From contig CALJER010000016.1 in NCBI GenBank assembly GCA_938074535.1, forward strand, positions 11,356 through 75,355: a stretch of 64,000 nt of DNA, in the 5' to 3' direction. Below are positions 9,956 through 19,411 of the stretch, in pieces. Position numbers and translations under genes: made by a program. The notes beneath the pieces are model-generated. The model saw only the letters and a program-made list of their open reading frames with translations, was not told where the DNA came from and ran no database searches. Every line of letters starts with the position of its first letter. Position 1 is the first letter of the stretch. The DNA comes from an uncultured archaeon (GTDB lineage: Archaea > Hadarchaeota > Hadarchaeia > Hadarchaeales > WYZ-LMO6).

Positions 9956-10078
9956 TCACTTGGCCCGCTTCCTGCTCATCTTCTTGAACTCCTCCCACTC
10001 CTTCAGGCTCTCGGACTTTTTCTTGGGGAGTTTCTCCTCTTCGATGGTGGCGTTTACTTCCGCTCCTCCGCAGGCCAT
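9956..10078 (-). CDS. Small charged hypothetical protein (40 aa)
   Basis: MACGGAEVNATIEEEKLPKKKSESLKEWEEFKKMSRKRAK. Fills the gap between genes; TTTTATAT box about 30 nt upstream. Confidence 0.55.
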   Translation of the reverse strand: MACGGAEVNATIEEEKLPKKKSESLKEWEEFKKMSRKRAK

Positions 10079-10121
10079 GGGACCACTCGTACGCTTCACC
10101 CTCCCGATATAAAAGGGTGGC

Positions 10122-10655
10122 TCAGGGCGGGGCCCTATCGAAGAAGGGGCTTTTTCCCGAGGCGGAGAGGGGAAGGGCAACCACCACATCGGCCTCCGCG
10201 AGGCCGGCCTTCCTCGCCGCCACACCCGCTGAGAACATCATTCTGTTGTCCACATTCAGGAGAGAGGCGGTCTTGGCTGCCGACCCCAGCGCTATCCCGA
10301 GGTTGAGGGCGTCCACCACGCAGATGGGCCCCGCGCACCCCCTCCCTTCCTTCTTCCCCCCCTTCCTCAGCCCTTCACAGCTGCTGCCGCAGGCCCCGCA
10401 GTTCAGGTCCAGGGGCTCGCCCACCAGTCCCACCAGCAGGACGGCTCCCGCCTCCCTCACGCTCCTGGCGTCCCTGCGGAAGAACTCGTACTCTCCCGCC
10501 ATCTCCTCCATTTTTTCCGCCAGTTTCTCCTTCTCCTCTCCGGTGAGCACCCTTATCCTTAGGTGGTCCCTTCCCCTGGCCTTGGGGGCGGTCCTGGCCG
10601 AGAGGGCCATGAGCCTGGCCACCTCCAGCAGGCCCTCCCTTTCCGTTCCTTCCAT
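10122..10655 (-). CDS. DUF2148/COG4739 ferredoxin-domain-containing protein
   Basis: LMALSARTAPKARG, NCGACGSSC, GPIC...NLGIALGSA...VDNRMMFSAG. Confidence 0.85.
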   Translation of the reverse strand: MEGTEREGLLEVARLMALSARTAPKARGRDHLRIRVLTGEEKEKLAEKMEEMAGEYEFFRRDARSVREAGAVLLVGLVGEPLDLNCGACGSSCEGLRKGGKKEGRGCAGPICVVDALNLGIALGSAAKTASLLNVDNRMMFSAGVAARKAGLAEADVVVALPLSASGKSPFFDRAPP

Positions 10656-10722
10656 CCTTCCCTCTCTGGGGTAGGGGGCTAAAAACGGTGCCCTTTTTTT
10701 CTTTCGAACCTGAAGGGAGGGG

Positions 10723-11562
10723 ATGAAGGCGGTGGCGGTGCTCCTGCTTCTCTTCCTGAGCGTGCAGCTCCTCGGCCTCCTAACGGGCGTGAGGTACCTT
10801 GAGCTGATGGAGAGCGGGGAAGCTGAACCCCTCTTCTCCAACCCCCAAAGTCCCTGGAACTCCCTCTACCTCTTCGCCGCCCTCCTTCCCCTTACCCTCC
10901 TGGTGATCCTCCTCCTGAAGTTCAGGAGGAGGTGGTTCAGGGCGTTTGAGCTCACGGTGGTCTTCCTCTGCTGCTGGCTAACGTTGGACCTCCTGGTGGG
11001 ATTCCAGCTGGGCTGGTTCTCCTCCGGTCTGCTGCTCTCCCTCCTCCTGGTGGGGTGGAGGGCGTACAGGCCCATCCACCTGAACAGGGATCTCGTTCTG
11101 GTCTTCTCCGCCGCAGGGGTGGGATCGGTGCTCGGCGTATCCATGGGTCTTGCTCCCGGCCTGCTTCTCCTGGCCCTCTTCTCCGCCTACGATTACTTCT
11201 CCGTCTTCATCAGCCGGCACATGGTTTTCATGGCCAAGAGACTGGTCCCTTCCTCCAGCTCCCTCCTCCTCTCCGTCCCCAAGGACCTGCGGGAGTTCCT
11301 GGAGGAGGGGAAACCTGAGAGAGTGGGGGGAGGGAGGGTCCTCTACCTGGGAGGCGGGGATCTCATCCTTCCCCTGGTCTTCTCAGCCTCCGTCCTCTCC
11401 GCCGAGGGGCTTCCCAGCTCCCTCCTCGTCTCCCTCTCTTCCTCCCTTTTCCTCCTGCTCCTCCTGCTCCTCCTCTCCCGCAGGCCTGGAAGGATTCTGC
11501 CCGGTCTTCCCTTCCTTTCCGTCGGCTGTTTGCTGGGGTTCTTGCTCTCCCGCCTCTTGTAG
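10723..11562 (+). CDS. Presenilin/SPP-family GxGD intramembrane aspartyl protease
   Basis: Multi-TM protein with YD (SAYDY), GGGD and PGLP (PAL-equivalent) motifs. Confidence 0.88.
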   Translation: MKAVAVLLLLFLSVQLLGLLTGVRYLELMESGEAEPLFSNPQSPWNSLYLFAALLPLTLLVILLLKFRRRWFRAFELTVVFLCCWLTLDLLVGFQLGWFSSGLLLSLLLVGWRAYRPIHLNRDLVLVFSAAGVGSVLGVSMGLAPGLLLLALFSAYDYFSVFISRHMVFMAKRLVPSSSSLLLSVPKDLREFLEEGKPERVGGGRVLYLGGGDLILPLVFSASVLSAEGLPSSLLVSLSSSLFLLLLLLLLSRRPGRILPGLPFLSVGCLLGFLLSRLL

Positions 11563-11610
11563 GGGTTCCTACCGAAACGGATAAGGGAGAACCCGCTCAT
11601 CTCCAGAGGT

Positions 11611-12333
11611 ATGAAGCCCATCTACGAGCCCAGGGAAGGAAGGAAGATGAGGATCCTGGTGCTCTTCTCGGGAGGGGCCAGCGCCCTGCCCTTCATGGTG
11701 GGAGGAGAAACGTACGAGGTGATAGGGGGGATCTCCTCCAGCGGAAGCGCCCCGGGCCTCTCCAGGTTCAGGTCCCTGGGGATACCGGCGGAGGCGGTGG
11801 ACATCAAAGAGTTCTACGCCGGCAGACCCCTCAGGGACATGCGGGTGAGGGAGGAGTACGAGAAAAGGCTCCTTTCGGTGATGGAGGAGAGGGGATGGGA
11901 GCCGGATGTGGTCGCCTGCTCCGGCTACATGTACATCCTCACCCCAGCCTTCCTCAGGAGGTTCCCCCACCGCGTTCTGAACGTCCATCCCGCCGATCTC
12001 TCCATAGAGGAGGGGGGGAGGAGGAAGTACACGGGTTTGCACGCCGTGAGGGACCAGCTGGAGGCCGGAGAAAAGGTGACGAGGTCCACCGTGCACGTGA
12101 TGATCGAAGAGGCGGACCAGGGCCCCATCCTGGTGATCTCTCCTCCCCTGCCGGTGGAGGGCAGGAGCCCGGAAGAGCAGCAGGAGCTGATGAAGGTGAA
12201 GTGTGACGGTCCAGCCTACAGGGAGGCCCTCCGCCTCCTTTCGGAGGGGAGGTTCGCGCTGGATGAGAGGGGAAGGGTTTATGTCAGGAAGAATGGTGAG
12301 TGGAGGGAGGGATACGTGAGGATGGAGGGATGA
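11611..12333 (+). CDS. purN: Phosphoribosylglycinamide formyltransferase-like (PurN; start could be 11647)
   Basis: FSGGAS, SGYMYIL, LNVHPADL, TVH...DQGPIL; directly upstream of purD. Confidence 0.8.
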   Translation: MKPIYEPREGRKMRILVLFSGGASALPFMVGGETYEVIGGISSSGSAPGLSRFRSLGIPAEAVDIKEFYAGRPLRDMRVREEYEKRLLSVMEERGWEPDVVACSGYMYILTPAFLRRFPHRVLNVHPADLSIEEGGRRKYTGLHAVRDQLEAGEKVTRSTVHVMIEEADQGPILVISPPLPVEGRSPEEQQELMKVKCDGPAYREALRLLSEGRFALDERGRVYVRKNGEWREGYVRMEG

Positions 12334-12334
12334 G

Positions 12335-13738
12335 ATGGCGGTGGGCGTGCTCGGGGTGAGCTACGGCAGCAGGTTTGCCTGTTTGGCCGATACCCTCTGC
12401 CGGAGCTGGCACATGGTGAGGCTCTTCATAGCGGACAAACAGAGGAACCCCTACAACCTCAGGAAGGCCCAGGAGACGGGCGGGGAGCAGGTGGTCATCC
12501 CGGACCTGAATGTGCAGGACATCGTGAGGTTCGCGAAGAGGCACGCCAGGGAGATCTCCTTCGGTGTGCTGGGTCCGGAGGGTCCCGGCATGCAGGGGAT
12601 AAGGGACGTGCTGGAAAGGGAGACCGGGATAAAGATGATTTGCCCCAGCCTGGAGTACTTCCTGGAGAAAAGCAAGGTGAGGCAAAGGAAGCTCCTGCAG
12701 GAGGTGGCTCCCGAGGCCAATCCCAGGTTCAGGGTCTTCGATCCGGCCGAAATCCCAAAGGACAGGGTGAAGGAGGAAGTCTACCGCTGGCTGGACGAGG
12801 TGGGGGAGAGGGTGGCCGTGAAGCCCGATGCCCCCGCCACCGGGAAGGGGGTGGGGGTATGGGGGGACCACTTCAGAACCAAGGAGGAGATGTTCCGCGA
12901 GTACTTCCTCCCCTCCTTCTCCAGGGGACCCGTGATCGTGGAGGAAAAGCTGGAGGGGGAGGAGTTCTCCCTCCAGTTCCTCTCGGACGGGGAACACCTG
13001 GTTCCCACCCCCTGCGTGAGGGACTACAAGAGGGCCTTCGACTGGGACAAGGGGCCCAACACGGGCGGCATGGGCTCCTACAAGGATAAGGGGGAGCTCC
13101 TGCCCTTCATGGAGAGGGCCGACTGGGAAAAGGCCGTGGAAGTGGCGGAGCGCCTGCACCGCAGGCTGAAGGGGGAAGGAAGGAATCCGGGTCTGATGGG
13201 GGTGATGTACATGGGCTACATCCTCACCCGGGAGGGGGTGAAGGTCCTGGAAGTGAACAGCAGATGGGGGGACCCGGAGGTGATGAATCTGATGCCGCTG
13301 CTGGAGGACGACTTCGTGGAGGTATGCTTCCGCTGCTTGGATGGGGAGCTGAGGGCGATGAGGTTCAGGGAGAGGGCCAGTGTGGTGGTCTACGCGGTCC
13401 CCCTGGACTACGGAGGATACAGGAAGTACTCGGGGCCCAGGGTGGTGAGGATGGAGGAGGCGGAGGACCTGAAGAAGAAATACGGGGAGGACCTCAGGCT
13501 CTACCCTGGATCCCTGGAGATAAGGGAGAACGGCCAGCTATGGGCGCTGGGTTCCAGAACCGTGGCGGCGGTGGGAATAGGGGAGGACCTGGAGAGGGCG
13601 AGGGAGATAGCGCTCGAGGCCGTGAGGAGGATCGACGGCCCTCTGAGGCACAGGGAGGACGTGGCCCTGAGGGAGCACGTGGAGAGGAGCATCCTGCACG
13701 TGAGGGTCCTCAGGTCCTCAGCCCCCTCAAACACCTGA
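12335..13738 (+). CDS. purD: Phosphoribosylamine-glycine ligase
   Basis: GPE, GKGV, EEKLEGEEFS, DYKRAFDWDKGPNTGGMGS, EVNSRWGDPE. Confidence 0.93.
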   Translation: MAVGVLGVSYGSRFACLADTLCRSWHMVRLFIADKQRNPYNLRKAQETGGEQVVIPDLNVQDIVRFAKRHAREISFGVLGPEGPGMQGIRDVLERETGIKMICPSLEYFLEKSKVRQRKLLQEVAPEANPRFRVFDPAEIPKDRVKEEVYRWLDEVGERVAVKPDAPATGKGVGVWGDHFRTKEEMFREYFLPSFSRGPVIVEEKLEGEEFSLQFLSDGEHLVPTPCVRDYKRAFDWDKGPNTGGMGSYKDKGELLPFMERADWEKAVEVAERLHRRLKGEGRNPGLMGVMYMGYILTREGVKVLEVNSRWGDPEVMNLMPLLEDDFVEVCFRCLDGELRAMRFRERASVVVYAVPLDYGGYRKYSGPRVVRMEEAEDLKKKYGEDLRLYPGSLEIRENGQLWALGSRTVAAVGIGEDLERAREIALEAVRRIDGPLRHREDVALREHVERSILHVRVLRSSAPSNT

Positions 13739-14429
13739 GCTGGGCTTCCTTGGCCCCTGCCATGTTTGAATCCAGGTCTTCCCCCCAGCCGCTCTCCAGG
13801 AGTTTCTTGGACTCGCGCAGGGGGAGGGGGTGCAGGGAAAGAATCCTTTCCACATAGAGCCTGGTTCCCTCTTCTAGGGAGGGAAAAATCCCGTTCACCA
13901 GGCCCACCCTTTCACCCTCCTCGGCCGTCATTCTCCTCCCCCCCAGGATGAAGTCCCTGGCCACTCCGTCCCCCACTATCCTGGGCAGGAGGTGAAGGGC
14001 CCCCATGTCTGGGAGAATGCCGAACTCTGGCTCCCTGAGGAAGAAGATGGTTCCGGGGGTGGCGAGCCTCAGGTCGGCGGCCAGGGCCAGCTGCATTCCT
14101 CCCCCTATGGCGTACCTCTGGCAGGCTGCCACCACCGGGCATTCCATCTTCCTGATCTTCACTATTACCTGCTGGGCCAGGTCTATCACGGGAAGGAGCC
14201 TGTTCTCCTCCCACCCGGCCAGCTCAGCTAGGACGGAGGTGTCCAGGCCAGAGCAGAAGGTGTCCCCCTTCCCCGCCAGCACGACCACTCTGGGCTCCTC
14301 CTCCTTCACCTGGTCCAGGACCGCGTTCAGCTCCTCCAGCACCCTCAGATCCAGTGCGTTTTTCTTCTCCGGCCGGTTCAGCTCTATCCTGGAAACCTCG
14401 CCCAGCTCCACCCTCACCTTTTCCGGCAT
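13710..14429 (-). CDS. Enoyl-CoA hydratase/isomerase (crotonase) family
   Basis: LNRPEKKNAL, FCSGLD, AIGGGMQLALAADLR, EPEFGILPDMG. Confidence 0.9.
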   Translation of the reverse strand: MPEKVRVELGEVSRIELNRPEKKNALDLRVLEELNAVLDQVKEEEPRVVVLAGKGDTFCSGLDTSVLAELAGWEENRLLPVIDLAQQVIVKIRKMECPVVAACQRYAIGGGMQLALAADLRLATPGTIFFLREPEFGILPDMGALHLLPRIVGDGVARDFILGGRRMTAEEGERVGLVNGIFPSLEEGTRLYVERILSLHPLPLRESKKLLESGWGEDLDSNMAGAKEAQLRCLRGLRT

Positions 14430-14460
14430 CCCTCCCCCCTTCTCCTCAGGGATAAAAAGT

Positions 14461-14909
14461 TTGGAGGGAAGGAGGGAGAAGCCGACCACCGCCCTTGGCC
14501 ATCACGGGAGGAGAGCTCGTTTCCGGGAGGTTTACCACCATGTTCCTCGTGCGGTGAAGGCTGGGGCTTCCCCCGCCAAGGATCCTGACGCGGGGTTCCC
14601 CCATCCAGGCCCAGCTCCCCTGCTACTTGAGGAGGATCAGGGGAAGCGAGGCCTCGGACATCATCAGCCCCACCACGAAGGTCCCCTGCCAGAGACGCCG
14701 GGGGGAAAACGGAAATGACCCCGGAGGAGCCAGGACAGGGTGATGGAGAGAGAATGACCTTCTGGCGGGAAATGGGCCCCCCGAACATGGACTCCGGCGA
14801 AGAGCAAAGCCGAGCCGGTGGAAAAGGTGGTCGGGCTTGCTGGGGAGTTGGGCAGAGAGGTGGCTTCGGCGAGGCCCGCAGGATCCTTGGCCCCAAACCG
14901 AGGTCCTAA
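14461..14909 (+). pseudogene. Degraded beta-keto acid cleavage enzyme (BKACE/Kce, DUF849) remnant
   Basis: Fragments in shifting frames, in BKACE order: EKPTTAL/AITGGE, AVKAGAS..DPDAG, SDIISPTT, MTPEE, EM...NMDS, VEKVVGLAGELGREVAS/EARRILG. The central part is missing. Confidence 0.7.
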
Positions 14910-15316
14910 CCCTCGGGCCTCAGCTCCAGGGTTTCCCACCTCACCCTTCCTCCCTCTACCACCTCTTTGATCTTTCTCTCCACTGGGGTGAGGACGCTCC
15001 TCCCCGTCTTTACCTCCAGGAACACCACTTCCCTGGGCTCCCCCCTGCTGTGCCCCTCGAAAACCACGTAGTCTACCGGGGAGCCTATGAAGCGGGCGTC
15101 GGAGGGCTCGTACTTGAACTGCGGGAGGAGGGGGGCCATCTGCTCCCCTATCCTTCCCTTCAGGACGGCCCTGCTCCTTTCCAGGGCCTCCTTCCTGAGG
15201 GTTTCCTCCACCTCCAGCTTCCATCTCTCCAGCTTGCTCCTGAAAAGGGCAAGAAGGAAGAGGTAGGACACCCCCAGCCCCAGCAGGAACCCCAGCAGCA
15301 GCCAGAGGGCCTCCAT
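14906..15316 (-). CDS. Holliday junction resolvase-like PD-(D/E)xK nuclease with N-terminal TM helix
   Basis: SRAVLKGRIGEQMAP, DARFIGSPVDYVVF, FLEVKTG. Confidence 0.85.
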   Translation of the reverse strand: MEALWLLLGFLLGLGVSYLFLLALFRSKLERWKLEVEETLRKEALERSRAVLKGRIGEQMAPLLPQFKYEPSDARFIGSPVDYVVFEGHSRGEPREVVFLEVKTGRSVLTPVERKIKEVVEGGRVRWETLELRPEG

Positions 15317-15353
15317 CTTCCTCCCCTCCCGTGGGAGGAAGGGAGTAAAGCCT

Positions 15354-15923
15354 TTACCTGAGCTTGGCGCCCAGGTGGGCCAGCGTGGCCTTCTTCACTT
15401 CCTCGGCTTTCTCCCTTCCCACCAGCTGCTTCAGGAGTTCGAGAGCGAAGGCGAAGGCCGTGGCCGGCCCCATGCTGGTGATGATCTTCCCGTCCACCAC
15501 CACCAGTTTTTTCAGCGGCCTTCCCCCGCCCTTCCTGAGCTCCGCCTCCATCCCCGGGTAGATCGTGCCCCTCTTCCCCCTGAGCACGCCCGCATCCGAG
15601 AGGACGGAGGGGGCGCCGCAGATGGCCGCCACGATCAGTCCCCTCTCCGCCGCTTCCCTCACCAGCTCCAGCACCTTCCGGTTCTTCCTGAGGTTCTCGT
15701 ACCCCGGATATCCTCCAGGACAGATCACGGCGTCGAAGTCCCCTATGCTGATTTCTTCCAGCCTGCGGTCGGGAAGCACCTTCACCCCGTGGGATCCCTC
15801 CACCGGCTTTTCCAGGCCCGCCGTCACCACCTCCACCCCTCCCCTCCTGAGGAGGTCCACCACCGTCATGGCCTCCACCTCCTCGAAGCCTGGAGCCAGG
15901 AGGACGAGGGCCTTCACCATCAT
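15354..15923 (-). CDS. DJ-1/ThiJ/PfpI family protein
   Basis: GFEEVEA, CPGG, AAICGAP, TSMGP. Confidence 0.92.
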   Translation of the reverse strand: MMVKALVLLAPGFEEVEAMTVVDLLRRGGVEVVTAGLEKPVEGSHGVKVLPDRRLEEISIGDFDAVICPGGYPGYENLRKNRKVLELVREAAERGLIVAAICGAPSVLSDAGVLRGKRGTIYPGMEAELRKGGGRPLKKLVVVDGKIITSMGPATAFAFALELLKQLVGREKAEEVKKATLAHLGAKLR

Positions 15924-15969
15924 TCTCCTTTCTCCTGGATTTTTAAAATAGAGCGGGAGAGGAGGGTGG

Positions 15970-16674
15970 ATGGAAGCGGTGGGGATGATCCTCTGCGGGG
16001 GTTACGGCAAGAGGCTTTTTCCCCTCACCCAGACCCTGCCCAAGGTCCTGCTGGAGTTGAGGAAAGGCCACACCATCCTCGACCACCAGCTCTCCCTCTA
16101 CCGCAGGGCCGGGATCAGGGAGGTGTACCTTCTGGCGGGCTACCGGGCGGAAGAAATCATGAGGAGGTACGGCAGGAGCTGGAGGGGGGTGGAGCTGAGA
16201 TACGTGGTGGAGAAGCGGCCCCTGGGCACCCTCAACGCCCTCAGGCTCGGGATGAGGAAGGCCAGGAGGGAAGCATTGGTCACCAACGGGGACGTGGTGA
16301 TGGAGCTGGATATGGGGAAAATGTGGGAGGACTTTCGGAGGTCGGGGGCCCTGGCTTCCCTGCTGGCGGTGAAGATGAGGAGTCCCTACGGGATTCTGAG
16401 GCTCAGGGGCAGGAAGGTCGTTTCTTTCGTGGAGAAACCCCTCCTCCCGCACTACGTGAACGGCGGGGTTTACTGTCTCAGTCCCCTCCTCCTTCCCCTG
16501 ATGGAAAAGTTCGGGAAGGGAAACGTGGAGCAGACCCTCTTCCCCGAGCTGGCCAGGAAAGGGGAGCTCAGGTGCTACAGGGCGGAGCTCCCTCTCTGGA
16601 TACCCGTGGACACCCTCAAGGATTTGGAGGAAGCTAGGAAGAAGCTGGAGGAGCTCAGGCTAGGGGTGGCCTGA
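15970..16674 (+). CDS. Sugar-phosphate nucleotidyltransferase family
   Basis: LCGGYGKRLFPLT..PKVLL, EKRPLGT, NGD, FVEKP. Confidence 0.9.
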   Translation: MEAVGMILCGGYGKRLFPLTQTLPKVLLELRKGHTILDHQLSLYRRAGIREVYLLAGYRAEEIMRRYGRSWRGVELRYVVEKRPLGTLNALRLGMRKARREALVTNGDVVMELDMGKMWEDFRRSGALASLLAVKMRSPYGILRLRGRKVVSFVEKPLLPHYVNGGVYCLSPLLLPLMEKFGKGNVEQTLFPELARKGELRCYRAELPLWIPVDTLKDLEEARKKLEELRLGVA

Positions 16675-17413
16675 GGGCTTCTGGAAGGAAGCTCAAGAAG
16701 CGGGGAGCTTCTCCCTTCTCCGCCCCCCCCACGAGCAGGAGCACCACCACTTCTTCCTTCCTCCAGATCGCACCGTCTATCCCCTCACCCTCCAGGTGGA
16801 AGTGTGCCTGCTCTGGATGGCTTTCGTAGAGCCTCTTCTCCAGCTTCCCCAGCACCTCCTGGAGCCCCTCCTGGGCGTTCTCGGATGAGGGAAAGAGCAG
16901 GGCATAGAGGGCCAGCCTCTTTCCCCCCTCTCCTTCCCAGAGCCTGAAGAAGCCCTCGGCACCGGCTCCAGGCCTCCCAAGGATGGCTTCCTCCTTCACG
17001 CCGCCCTCGCCCACCTCCTTCCAGCCGGGGGGGGAGACCTGCCTGAGCCAGGAGGGAAGGTCCGGTTTGGCCTTGGCCTCCGGTGCCTCTTCCGGCCTTT
17101 CCCCCACTTCAGCCTTCTCCAGAGCTTCCCTGAGCCTATCGATCACTTCTCCCTGAGGGGCTTCGAACTCGGGAGTCACCCTTTCCGCCTCCTGCACGGC
17201 TTCCTCGATCTCTTCCTTTTCGGGAACCGCCTCCGCACCCTCCCCCTGGCCCTCCATCACCGACAGGGTAAACAGGAGCAGGAAAAGAAAGGCCACGCCT
17301 GCCGCAAAGACGAAGGAGAGTTCGGGGGAGGAGGGGGGAAAGAGGATGAAAAGGAGGAACCCCGCCGCAGCAACTACCAGGGAAGCCATTGCCAGGAATT
17401 TTGCCTGCTCCAT
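16655..17413 (-). CDS. Hypothetical membrane-anchored protein
   Basis: Two N-terminal hydrophobic helices, Glu-rich linker, C-terminal alpha/beta domain; typical codon usage. Confidence 0.7.
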   Translation of the reverse strand: MEQAKFLAMASLVVAAAGFLLFILFPPSSPELSFVFAAGVAFLFLLLFTLSVMEGQGEGAEAVPEKEEIEEAVQEAERVTPEFEAPQGEVIDRLREALEKAEVGERPEEAPEAKAKPDLPSWLRQVSPPGWKEVGEGGVKEEAILGRPGAGAEGFFRLWEGEGGKRLALYALLFPSSENAQEGLQEVLGKLEKRLYESHPEQAHFHLEGEGIDGAIWRKEEVVVLLLVGGAEKGEAPRFLSFLPEALRPPLA

Positions 17414-17503
17414 GCTTGTTTATAACTGAGGAGAGCCTCTTTATAGAGCCTGCGGGAGAAGGCTCCCAAAAACCTCTTTTAACTCCAGGTTTTAGGGGAG
17501 TGA

Positions 17504-18424
17504 ATGAGCATAAACCCCACCAAGTTCATCTGGATGGACGGGAAACTGGTGCCCTGGGAGGAGGCCAAGGTGCATCTGCTGACCCACACCCTCCACTACG
17601 GGTACGGGGTGTTCGAGGGAATAAGGTGCTACCGAACCCCAACGGGTCCCGCCGTCTTCAGGCTGAGGGATCATATGCTGAGGCTCCAGCACTCCGCCGA
17701 CATCGTGGGGATGAAGCTCCCCTACACGGTGGAGGAACTGGTGGAGGCGGTCAAGCTCACCGTGAGGGAGAACGGATTGGAGGAGTGCTACATACGCCCC
17801 ATCGCCTACTGCGGCTACGGGGTGATGGGGCTGAACCCCAGGGGAGCCCCCGTGAGGGTGGCCGTGGCCGCCTGGCAGTGGGGAACCTACCTCGGGGAGG
17901 AAGGACTGAGGAACGGGGTAAGGGTGAAGATCTCACCCTACCGCAGGATACACCCCTCCGTGCTCCCCCCCCAAGCCAAGCTGGTGGCCAACTATGCCAA
18001 CTCCATCCTGGCCAAGCTGGACGCGGTGGACAGCGGGTACGACGAGGCCCTCATGCTCAACTTTTCAGGCAACGTTTCTGAAGGGCCGGGGGAGAACCTG
18101 TTCATAGTGGAGAAGGGCGTCTTGGTCACTCCCCCCGTGTCCGAGTGTGCTCTCCCCGGCATAACTAGGGATTCCATCCTGCAGCTTGCCCGCCGGGAGG
18201 GCATTCCCGCCAGGGAAGAACCGGTCTCCCTGGAGAGGCTCTACGAAGCGGATGAGGCCTTTTTCACGGGAACGGCCGCGGAGGTGACCCCCATAAGGGA
18301 GGTGGGGGACCGCCCCATAGGGAACGGGAGGAGGGGGAGGATCACCGCCAGGCTGCAGGAGCTTTACTTCAGGGTGGTGAGGGGGGAAGAGGAAGGCTAC
18401 GAGCACTGGCTGGAAAGGGTTTGA
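17504..18424 (+). CDS. ilvE: Branched-chain amino acid aminotransferase
   Basis: LHYGYGVFEGIR, AKLVANY, EGPGENLF, LPGITR, FTGTAAEVTPI. Confidence 0.96.
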   Translation: MSINPTKFIWMDGKLVPWEEAKVHLLTHTLHYGYGVFEGIRCYRTPTGPAVFRLRDHMLRLQHSADIVGMKLPYTVEELVEAVKLTVRENGLEECYIRPIAYCGYGVMGLNPRGAPVRVAVAAWQWGTYLGEEGLRNGVRVKISPYRRIHPSVLPPQAKLVANYANSILAKLDAVDSGYDEALMLNFSGNVSEGPGENLFIVEKGVLVTPPVSECALPGITRDSILQLARREGIPAREEPVSLERLYEADEAFFTGTAAEVTPIREVGDRPIGNGRRGRITARLQELYFRVVRGEEEGYEHWLERV

Positions 18425-18427
18425 GGC

Positions 18428-19411
18428 TCACCCCCTACAGAGGAGTTTCTCCAGATGGTCAAGGATGAATTTCTTGACCTCCTTCAGGGTGCCCTTTCCC
18501 GTGGCGCTGGCGGCCCCGGGATGTCCCCCCCCGGAACCCCCGAAGAACCTGCCCACCTCCTGCATGAGTGACCCCAGGTGGAGGTGAGTGCCCTCGCAGA
18601 GTTCGGGCGTGGCCCGCCCCGAGATTCTGAACTCTCCTTTTTCCTCGGAGCCCACAAAACTGAGGTCCGCCCCCAGCTTCAGGAGGGTGGAGGCGGCGTC
18701 GGCCTCGAAGGTGCTGAGCTCGGAGAAGACCACCAGGCGCTCCCCCATGCTTCTTACCTCCATCCGCTGCGCGGCCTTGAGCATGGCCATGCGCCTGGAT
18801 CGATCCTCCGGCAGTTTAAGCGTTTCCAGGAGCTGCCTGTAATCGGCACCGCACTTTATCAGCTCGCACACGGCTTCCAGCGTGGAGTTCCTGGCGAGTT
18901 TCAGCCCGGCCGTGTCCGTCAGAATTCCCGCCAGCAGCAGGTTGGCCTGCTGCTCGGAGGGCTTCTCCCCCATCTCCCTGAGCAGGTGCAGGACCATCTC
19001 CGCTGAGGAGGTCGCCTGCTCGTTCACCCAGGCGACCTCCACCTCCTCCTTCATGCCCTCCACCTCCAGATGGTGGTCTATGAGGAGGACGGGCTTCCCC
19101 CTGACCTCCTCCCCCACCTTTCCCAGGTGGGCGAAGCTGGAGGCATCCACCATTACCACCAGGTCGGCCTGCAGGTGGGGGGAGGTGCTCACTTCCCTTC
19201 CGCAGCGCTCCAGGAGGAGCTGAGCGAGCTTGTTCATGCCTTCTGGGACCACCACCTCAGTTTTCGCCCCCAATTTCTCCAGGATTTCGGAGAGGACGAC
19301 GGCGCTCCCCACCCCATCCGGGTCCGCCTGCTGGTGGGAGACGAGGAGAAGGCGGCTCCCTTTTTTGGCCTCCTCCAGCAACAGCCTCGCAGCCTTCTCT
19401 AGAGGGGTCAA
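18428..19411 (-). CDS. DHH family phosphoesterase
   Basis: HQQADPDG, VD, IDHH, GILTDT, GGGHPGAA. Confidence 0.9.
   Translation of the reverse strand: MTPLEKAARLLLEEAKKGSRLLLVSHQQADPDGVGSAVVLSEILEKLGAKTEVVVPEGMNKLAQLLLERCGREVSTSPHLQADLVVMVDASSFAHLGKVGEEVRGKPVLLIDHHLEVEGMKEEVEVAWVNEQATSSAEMVLHLLREMGEKPSEQQANLLLAGILTDTAGLKLARNSTLEAVCELIKCGADYRQLLETLKLPEDRSRRMAMLKAAQRMEVRSMGERLVVFSELSTFEADAASTLLKLGADLSFVGSEEKGEFRISGRATPELCEGTHLHLGSLMQEVGRFFGGSGGGHPGAASATGKGTLKEVKKFILDHLEKLLCRG

Noticed and set aside
14461-14905. Possible RNase P or SRP RNA in the large GC-rich gap
   Set aside because: I found no GAGGAAAGUCC-type P4 or SRP helix-8 signature on either strand; protein-like BKACE fragments explain the region better.
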